Part shown: in pieces, positions 8,037 to 13,430 of the stretch | How the letters are laid out: each line of letters opens with the position of its first letter | How positions within the stretch are numbered: the first letter of the stretch is position 1 | DNA from: Bdellovibrionota bacterium | GTDB taxonomy: Bacteria; Bdellovibrionota_C; UBA2361; JBGSMV01 | Length of the DNA stretch: 13,430 nucleotides | Direction: 5' to 3' | Assembly: GCA_044356455.1 (NCBI GenBank) | Contig: JBIKWF010000116.1 | Span: 1-13,430 of the forward strand | Notes under the pieces: model-generated | What the model saw: only the letters and a program-made list of their open reading frames with translations | Databases searched by the model: none | What the model was told of the DNA's origin: nothing | Program-made: the position numbers and the translations under genes

Positions 8037-8090
8037 TCAGTGCTTATGTGGAGTGAGTCGATGATGTTTGAAGTTCGCGGAAAACTGCAT
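8037..8090 (-). CDS. Putative attenuator leader peptide MQFSANFKHHRLTPHKH (17 aa, 4 His)
   Basis: ATG CAG TTT TCC GCG AAC TTC AAA CAT CAT CGA CTC ACT CCA CAT AAG CAC TGA. It overlaps a predicted protector hairpin and precedes the antiterminator and terminator. Confidence 0.7.
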   Translation of the reverse strand: MQFSANFKHHRLTPHKH

Positions 8091-8096
8091 GCCTAA

Positions 8097-8125
8097 GAAA
8101 TAGCAAGGTTGTGAGGCGTAATCAA
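8097..8125 (-). promoter_or_regulatory. Candidate sigma70-type promoter for a leaderless leader-peptide transcript
   Basis: TTGATT (8125-8120), a 17-bp spacer ending TGC (extended -10 TG), TATTTC (8102-8097), then 6 nt to ATG 8090. The -10 lacks the conserved final T. Confidence 0.45.
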
Positions 8126-8154
8126 CAAAAAAGATCAGGTATCAGAATGTTTTC

Positions 8155-8355
8155 ACCACAAAGGACGCAAGGGACACAAAGGTACACATTGAAATTGCTA
8201 GGAGTCTGTCCCCTAGAAAAATCTCACCACTACAGGCTGTGGTGGCAACGGGGCAGGCTACCTCCGGATCGTGTCCGAAATGCAGATTAATGTTTCTAAG
8301 GGACAAATCTGAGTTTGAATTGAGCTTTCTTTGCGTCCCTTGTGTCCTTTGTGGT
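8155..8355. repeat. Long-range inverted repeat of 9-nt-period units enclosing a nested hairpin
   Basis: ACCACAAAGGACGCAAGGGACACAAAG (8155-8181) and CTTTGCGTCCCTTGTGTCCTTTGTGGT (8329-8355) match at 25/27. Inner stems: AGTCTGTCCC/GGGGCAGGCT (8203-8259) and CACCAC/GTGGTG (8225-8244). Confidence 0.8.
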
Positions 8356-8450
8356 CCAATAATGTCTTGAGTGATTTTAGCGTTTCACGCCAAACATTCT
8401 TACGCCCCACAAGTATTTTTCCCAAAAGGCCGAAGGTCTCCCTTTTAAAA

Positions 8451-8474
8451 GCATGCATGTTATAAGATGCATGC
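8451..8474. promoter_or_regulatory. 24-bp near-perfect palindrome, candidate operator upstream of the cupin gene
   Basis: GCATGCAT-G-TTATAA-G-ATGCATGC has a single mismatch pair and ends 32 nt before ATG 8507. Confidence 0.5.
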
Positions 8475-8506
8475 GTGGCGAAGTGGGGAGCTTTAACGAG
8501 TAAATT

Positions 8507-8869
8507 ATGAAATGTGTTCATCTATATACGAACGAAAGTGGAGAGTCTGCCTTTGGTGAAATTGAGATCCCCTATGAGCACTCGGGACCCGAGCAGTTTG
8601 CTTTCGTGCGCGCCCCTTCGTCCATGCTCCTCAATGAAACAGTACCTGGGCATCAGTATGACTGGCACAACGCCCCCCGCCGACAATGGGTAATCACCTT
8701 GCAGGGAGAAATCGAAGTGCAGCTTCGAAGTGGCTTGAAGAAGCGGTTTGGCCCTGGGTCTCTTCTTTTAGCTGATGATACCAGGGGATCGGGGCATGCA
8801 ACCAAGGTGGTGAGCAGTGACCCGTGGCGGTGCGCGTATCTTCCATTTGAGGGCGAGCTTAGGCTTTAG
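8507..8869 (+). CDS. Cupin domain protein
   Basis: WHNAPRRQWVITLQGEIEV and FGPGSLLLADDTRGSGHAT correspond to the two cupin motifs. ATG start, 120 aa. Confidence 0.88.
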   Translation: MKCVHLYTNESGESAFGEIEIPYEHSGPEQFAFVRAPSSMLLNETVPGHQYDWHNAPRRQWVITLQGEIEVQLRSGLKKRFGPGSLLLADDTRGSGHATKVVSSDPWRCAYLPFEGELRL

Positions 8870-9046
8870 TCTTGCGAGCCTTTCTTGTGATCCTTGGGAA
8901 TTGCAATTGCTGGCTGGCGAGGGTTGGCAGGGCATAGTACCCCTCTCTTATCGACTTCTGCTTGAGTACTAGGTGCGAGGCAGTATGTGCGAGGCCTACG
9001 AGCAACGACTAGTAAGCGCGTGGGTATATTACCTCTAGGAGCCTAG

Positions 9047-9176
9047 GGAAACTCTGAAAGACATCGCTAGCTCATTTTTCCCCCTCAGTGAACTCTGTGC
9101 CCTCTGTGGTTGATTTAAATTGTTGAAGAACCACAGAGGACACAGAGTTCACTGAGCGGACTTTTTCAGAGATTCC
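9047..9176. mobile_element. MITE copy B (130 bp; apparently inverted relative to copy A, diverged)
   Basis: CTAG-GGAAACTCTGAAAGAC ... CTTTTTCAGAGATTCC-CTAA. The internal inverted repeat 9084-9111 / 9129-9156 matches at 27/28. Confidence 0.8.
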
Positions 9177-9243
9177 CTAACTCTAAGAGTGAGTCCCGTA
9201 GAAACGTGCTTGTTCATTTTGAACATAAATCCTTAGGTGACCT

Positions 9244-9870
9244 ATGAAGCTTGGAGCGATGATTCTTGTAGCTGCGTTCGCGTTCCCCTTTGCGGTAAGA
9301 GCAGAGGACTTGCCCGAGCCTCGGCCTGGCCTTTGGCAGATGACTAATTTTAAAGAAGACGGAACAAAGCTTCAGACAAGTACGCGCTGTATCGATGCGG
9401 CGAGCGAAGCGCGCGTGCGCGAGTTTGCCAACAGACCTGAAACTAAAGAGGCGTGCCCAAAAAACACTACGGAGAAAAAAGGTGACGTATACGAGAGTTA
9501 CTCCGAGTGCAACATTATGGGCTCAAAAACGATAACCATTTCCCGTACTACCGGGGACTTCAACTCGGAATACACTACGACAATAGAGACCACCATGGAG
9601 CCGCCTATGAGAGGCATGGCCAAGCGGGTATCAAGGTCCGAGTCAAAATGGCTTGGAGAGTGCCCCCCAAACATGAAGCCAGGGGATGTCTCTGTTGATG
9701 GAAGAGCACCCGTCAACGGGATTGACTCGGCCTTAAAGGCTCAGAAAATTCACGACGATTTGATGAAGAAGGATCCTAATTTTGCCAGAATGGTGAATGA
9801 AGCCAAGCAAGGCAAGATCCCTCAGTCAGATTCTGGTGGGGGCGTGCGAATACATGCGCGCCCAAAGTAG
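9244..9870 (+). CDS. Secreted DUF3617-like protein
   Basis: Signal peptide ending AVRA, followed by RPGLWQMT, four Cys and the KWLGEC motif characteristic of this family. Confidence 0.8.
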   Translation: MKLGAMILVAAFAFPFAVRAEDLPEPRPGLWQMTNFKEDGTKLQTSTRCIDAASEARVREFANRPETKEACPKNTTEKKGDVYESYSECNIMGSKTITISRTTGDFNSEYTTTIETTMEPPMRGMAKRVSRSESKWLGECPPNMKPGDVSVDGRAPVNGIDSALKAQKIHDDLMKKDPNFARMVNEAKQGKIPQSDSGGGVRIHARPK

Positions 9871-9926
9871 TACTGAGAAGTAGGAGGTTTGTTTACTGAT
9901 CGATATTTTTTGAGGACAAAGAGAGT

Positions 9927-10502
9927 ATGGTCGCTTCTTCATTTCGAGTTCTTCTTCTTGGGATTCTGAGCGGGGCAGCACTTGGGTGTGCGGCGCAGGG
10001 TTTGGGGGTGTTCAATACCATGAGTCAAGGCGGCTCAGGGGACCAAGGCGAAGTATCTGCCGAGTATGACTCGATCTTCCATCAGATTGAAGATTTCCCG
10101 CGCCTCCCTGACTCAAAGCTGGTCTTTAGGCGGGTATCGCCCTCAGAATATGGTCCCTTTGTAGAGATGACGTTGGCTTCACAAAGTACCGTGAGTGAGA
10201 TCGCATCGTTCTATGAACGTACCCTCGGAGCGAAGGGCTGCGAACCCGATTCGGAGACGCTGCGCAGAGTTGGCGACTCCTTTGAGAGAAAGTGGAGCTG
10301 TGTAGCAGGCTATGAGGAAGATACGGAGCTTGAGATCGTTCCCGTTGCGGGCAAGAAAAACATAAAAAATTCGGTACACGTGGCATTTGGGCTGAGAAAA
10401 GCTTCTCCTGTAGTGTATGGGACCGAAGGTGTTGAGGACACGGGAACAGTAACCTTTAGGCCCATAGTCAGAACCTATCCGACTGGAGACAAAGCCAAAT
10501 AA
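9927..10502 (+). CDS. Hypothetical lipoprotein
   Basis: Hydrophobic signal ending AALGC (lipobox-like). ATG start, 191 aa, co-oriented with the upstream gene. Confidence 0.7.
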   Translation: MVASSFRVLLLGILSGAALGCAAQGLGVFNTMSQGGSGDQGEVSAEYDSIFHQIEDFPRLPDSKLVFRRVSPSEYGPFVEMTLASQSTVSEIASFYERTLGAKGCEPDSETLRRVGDSFERKWSCVAGYEEDTELEIVPVAGKKNIKNSVHVAFGLRKASPVVYGTEGVEDTGTVTFRPIVRTYPTGDKAK

Positions 10503-10592
10503 ATGTTTGGTCTTGCTGCCAGATCTCAGCTTATCCCTAGCAGACCGGTAAGCTTCTTCCCGCACATCAGAGAACTCTACTTTCCAATCTAG

Positions 10593-10669
10593 GGAACCTC
10601 TGAAAGATCCATGTTGTGTACCTCTGCGCCATCCATGGTGGATTTCTCATGACGAAATTCACCACAGAG
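10593..10669. mobile_element. MITE copy C (degenerate, right part missing)
   Basis: CTAG-GGAACCTCTGAAAGAT...TGTGTACCTCTGCGCC...CATGACGAAATTCACCACAGAG aligns to the left part of copy A. No right TIR was found. Confidence 0.75.
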
Positions 10670-10720
10670 TGAAGCGGTTCAATTTGATGAGGACATTCCA
10701 TTCTAAAGAATCGCATCCTC

Positions 10721-10868
10721 GGTAGGGCGCCGCGTCCTCGCGGTGCCGCAACAAATGCCGCGCGGGCATCCACGGGCGGTAGAGAATCGTTATCTGTGAG
10801 GTGCACAAAAACTTGCCACGTGCCGGAACGAGAGATCTTGCGGCACCCTGAGGACAGGGCGCCCTACC
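10721..10868. repeat. GTAG-type REP doublet (REPIN-like): two inverted 31-bp REPs with an 86-bp spacer
   Basis: GGTAGGGCGCCGCGTCCTCGCGGTGCCGCAA (10721-10751) versus the reverse complement of 10838-10868, GGTAGGGCGCCCTGTCCTCAGGGTGCCGCAA. Each is a GTAG followed by a hairpin. Confidence 0.85.
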
Positions 10869-10871
10869 CAG

Positions 10872-11000
10872 GGAACCTGTGAAAAACTGACCTCTGTGTA
10901 GCTCTGCGCCCTCTGTGGTGAAATTATCATGAAGAAATTGACCACGGAGGACACGGAGTTACACAGAGGTGTACTAAGAATGGAGGCGTTTCAGAGGTCC
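10872..11000. mobile_element. MITE copy D (129 bp, close homologue of copy A)
   Basis: CCAG-GGAACCTGTGAAAAAC...GCGTTTCAGAGGTCC-CTAG is collinear with 2721-2850 along its whole length, including the internal hairpin. Confidence 0.85.
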
Positions 11001-11876
11001 CTAGTATTGAATGTACACCTGGTTTTGGGTCTCTTCCAGAACCCAGCTTAGCATCTCTTCCGTGGCGATAAGCGTATGGGAGTTATACGTAGGCGGAGCG
11101 CATATCCCGTTCGATACCGCCGAGTTCACGCCAATTACCAGTAGCGGCCAAGCGGGGTCGAGTGACATGAGAGAGGGGCCACCAGAATCACCATGGCATA
11201 CGCCACTTTCAGAGTAGTCGAAGAAGGCTGATACATAAAGATTCAAATCTACTGAGATGCCATCGACACTTGATTGGCCCACGCGCAGCTGGCCATCGGT
11301 TGCCTGAGTATTAGGATCAAAGCGGCCATATCCCGTAATAAGGGTCGGGGTGCCTACCCCAGGAGTGTAGGAGGAAAGTACTCCAAGAGCGCCATAGTAA
11401 GGTCTCTCAAAAGTAATAATCGCAGCATCATACGGGAAATGAGGAATCACCCCGTTCTCGTCAACATACTGAAAGTAGCCATGCACGTAGTTGGGGTGCG
11501 GCGCGACAGCGGTAGCACGGTTGAAGCTGCCATCCTCCATAAGAAGAAACAGTTCCTCGGGTGCGGCGAGTCTTGGACTTTCTCCTACGTGGACGCAGTG
11601 CCCTGCGGTCAGATACTGATAGGGATTAATCATTGTTCCGCTGCATGTAGAAACTAGGTTAGTGAAGGAGTCAACTGCATACATCTGCTTCACATACGGA
11701 AGCTGCGCCGGGTCGATTACCACCCCATTAATGATGCGCTCTTGAGCGGCAGGTGCTGAGCCCTCAGATCCGCTTCCACTGCAGCCTGTGAGAGTTGCTG
11801 TGAGAAGAACCGCGGCTGAGCAAAAAGAGATTGTCTTACGAAGTAATGAATCATTCAGGGAAACTGAGAAACGCAT
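11001..11876 (-). CDS. S1 (chymotrypsin/trypsin-fold) serine protease, predicted lipoprotein
   Basis: Lipobox LTGC, R-IINGV mature-type N-terminus, CSGTMI..LTAGHC (His), YDAAII (Asp) and CHGDSGGP (Ser). GAGGTG upstream favours ATG 11876 over ATG 11894. Confidence 0.93.
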   Translation of the reverse strand: MRFSVSLNDSLLRKTISFCSAAVLLTATLTGCSGSGSEGSAPAAQERIINGVVIDPAQLPYVKQMYAVDSFTNLVSTCSGTMINPYQYLTAGHCVHVGESPRLAAPEELFLLMEDGSFNRATAVAPHPNYVHGYFQYVDENGVIPHFPYDAAIITFERPYYGALGVLSSYTPGVGTPTLITGYGRFDPNTQATDGQLRVGQSSVDGISVDLNLYVSAFFDYSESGVCHGDSGGPSLMSLDPAWPLLVIGVNSAVSNGICAPPTYNSHTLIATEEMLSWVLEETQNQVYIQY

Positions 11877-12000
11877 AGAGCACCTCACCACCATAACCTT
11901 AGTGCCCTTTCGTTGGGGCGTTCTTAGGTTGTTATCGTGCTCTTTAGAGAATAGTTGCTTAGATCCCTTTCTCCCTGGGATTTCAGGTTATTAGCCTAGA

Positions 12001-12022
12001 TCTTTCAGAGTAGGTTCCCTAA
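12001..12022. repeat. Solo MITE terminal repeat (copy E)
   Basis: The reverse complement reads TTAG-GGAACCT-ACT-CTGAAAGA, i.e. the TIR with a 3-nt insertion. It overlaps the ATPase stop codon. Confidence 0.55.
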
Positions 12023-13430
12023 GGAATCCCCAGTTCCTTAAATGCACTTTCAAGGTCGCCCTTTTCGACCACATAATCGCGGCTTCCTCTGGCGGACTCT
12101 CGCTTGAAGGCATTGAGCCCGGCTTGATTGCAAATGGTGCGAATATCGGCAGCGGCCTTGCCGTTAGTACGCCGGGCAAGTTGAAGCACGTCTGCAGGTT
12201 CGCGAAGCTTAAGCTTGGCAAGATAGAGTGAAAACAGTTTCTGGCGCGCTTCAAGTGAAGGCAGCGGAATTTCTATAACTTTATTCAGGCGACCGCCGCG
12301 CTTGAGCGCTGGGTCAACAAGATCGGCCCTATTCGTAGCTGCAATAATGTAAATACCTTCTCGTGTGATTACGCCGTCGATAAGCTGCAGAAGGTGATTG
12401 AGCAAATTGTCGGCATGTTGCGCATTGCCTTCTGAGCGATTTTTCGCGATTGAATCAACCTCGTCAATAAAGATAACTGCGGGGGCGTGTTTGGCCGCAG
12501 CCTTGAACAGCCTCGTTAGATTTTTTTCAGATTCGCCCACCCATTTTGAGATCACCTCGTCCATCTTAAGTACGAAGAAGGAGAGTTCGGCGGTAGAGGC
12601 AATTATTTTTGCAATTGTCGTTTTGCCGGTTCCCGGCGGCCCGTTAAGAAGAATCCCCTTAGGGACATCTATCCCGTAGTTTTTTGCAGTTGCGGGGTCC
12701 TTAAGTAAATCGACCACTGATTGAAGCTCTTGGCGCAGGGCAGGGTCGATGATGACATCATCCCACGTCACCCGCTCTATGCCCTTATTGAGTGGAACCG
12801 GCGAAACGGCGGCGTCGGGTTTGTCCTCAAGGAGGTCTTGTTCGGTCACGGCATAGTCGCTTAGAGCTGCTTCAATATCCTCTGAGGAGATAAGAAAATC
12901 CCGCTGATCTTTGCCCTTAGACGACTCGCGCTTATAGGCATGGAGTCCTGCTTGATTGCAGATTTCTTTGATATCAGCAGCAGAGTTCCCCGCCGTCGCA
13001 GCGGATAGCGCTTCCAAGTCCACGTCGCTTTCAAGGTGCAGGTGCGCAAGATACAATTCGAAAAGTCTCCTACGGCTTGCGTCATCAGGACGGGGAATTT
13101 CGATGACTCGGTTAAGCCTACCTGCTCTTTTCAGCGCATCATCAACTAAATCAGGACGATTTGTGGCAGCGATTATGTAGAGGCCTTCGGTCTTTACCAC
13201 CCCGTCCATCAGCTGCAAGAGATGGTTGAGAAGTCCATCCCCAGATTCAGATTGGCTATCGGAACGCTTTTTCCCGATAGCGTCGATTTCGTCGATAAAG
13301 ATTACCGCAGGCGCCTGCTTCTGGGCTGTTTCGAAAAGACGAGTTAAATTCTTCTCTGAGTCGCCGACCCACTTTGAGACAATTTCATCTGGCCTGAAGG
13401 CAAAAAAGTTAAGCCCCGCGTCACTTGCCA
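12019..13430 (-). CDS. Tandem-domain AAA+ ATPase (classic clade, CDC48/p97-like architecture); 5'-truncated by the window edge
   Basis: The frame stays open to the window end (ASDAGLNFFAFRPDEIVSKWVGDSEKNL...IFIDEID...). The C-terminal module has GPPGTGKT, KWVG, IFIDEVD and AATNR..LVDPALKRGGRL. The preceding module has Walker B and SRH motifs. Confidence 0.95.
   Translation of the reverse strand, partial: ASDAGLNFFAFRPDEIVSKWVGDSEKNLTRLFETAQKQAPAVIFIDEIDAIGKKRSDSQSESGDGLLNHLLQLMDGVVKTEGLYIIAATNRPDLVDDALKRAGRLNRVIEIPRPDDASRRRLFELYLAHLHLESDVDLEALSAATAGNSAADIKEICNQAGLHAYKRESSKGKDQRDFLISSEDIEAALSDYAVTEQDLLEDKPDAAVSPVPLNKGIERVTWDDVIIDPALRQELQSVVDLLKDPATAKNYGIDVPKGILLNGPPGTGKTTIAKIIASTAELSFFVLKMDEVISKWVGESEKNLTRLFKAAAKHAPAVIFIDEVDSIAKNRSEGNAQHADNLLNHLLQLIDGVITREGIYIIAATNRADLVDPALKRGGRLNKVIEIPLPSLEARQKLFSLYLAKLKLREPADVLQLARRTNGKAAADIRTICNQAGLNAFKRESARGSRDYVVEKGDLESAFKELGIP

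Noticed and set aside
8037..8039. TGA recoded as a sense codon (alternative genetic code) in the leader
   Set aside because: TGA terminates well-supported genes here (the nucleoside hydrolase and the PRTase-HAD fusion), consistent with the standard code.
7911..8090. Known metabolite riboswitch (purine, preQ1, ZMP/ZTP) as the leader element
   Set aside because: No consensus motifs for these aptamers were recognised by eye, and the uORF-attenuator model explains the helices better. An Rfam scan would be needed to exclude them fully.
8258..8521. 87-aa minus-strand ORF with DHKGHKGRKE
   Set aside because: The periodic peptide comes from the 9-nt repeat arm, and the ORF overlaps the cupin start in antisense.
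10567..10806. 79-aa minus-strand ORF
   Set aside because: Composed of REP and MITE C sequence.
2717..11004. CRISPR array
   Set aside because: The repeats are dispersed inverted-repeat elements, not regularly spaced direct repeats with unique spacers, and no cas genes are present.

Overview
Bacterial chromosomal window in the standard genetic code. It contains a 5'-truncated tyrosine recombinase, an LTA-synthase/sulfatase-family membrane protein, a hypothetical gene with a hairpin-dense upstream region, and a Sel1-like gene broken by an in-frame TAA. Next is a two-gene minus-strand operon (PRTase-like/HAD fusion translationally coupled to a nucleoside hydrolase), then a cupin, a DUF3617-like secreted protein, a lipoprotein, an S1 serine-protease lipoprotein and a 5'-truncated tandem AAA+ ATPase. 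The best signal lies upstream of the PRTase-HAD/nucleoside hydrolase operon: an unannotated 17-codon His-rich leader peptide (MQFSANFKHHRLTPHKH, 8037-8090, minus strand) with mutually exclusive protector, antiterminator and terminator helices. This looks like a ribosome-mediated attenuator controlling nucleotide-handling enzymes rather than his genes. Intergenic DNA also carries a ~130-bp MITE family (16-bp TIRs, YTAR flanks, internal hairpin), a GTAG-type REP doublet and related 9-nt-period inverted repeats. All calls come from reading motifs and pairings by eye; no searches or folding programs were run.
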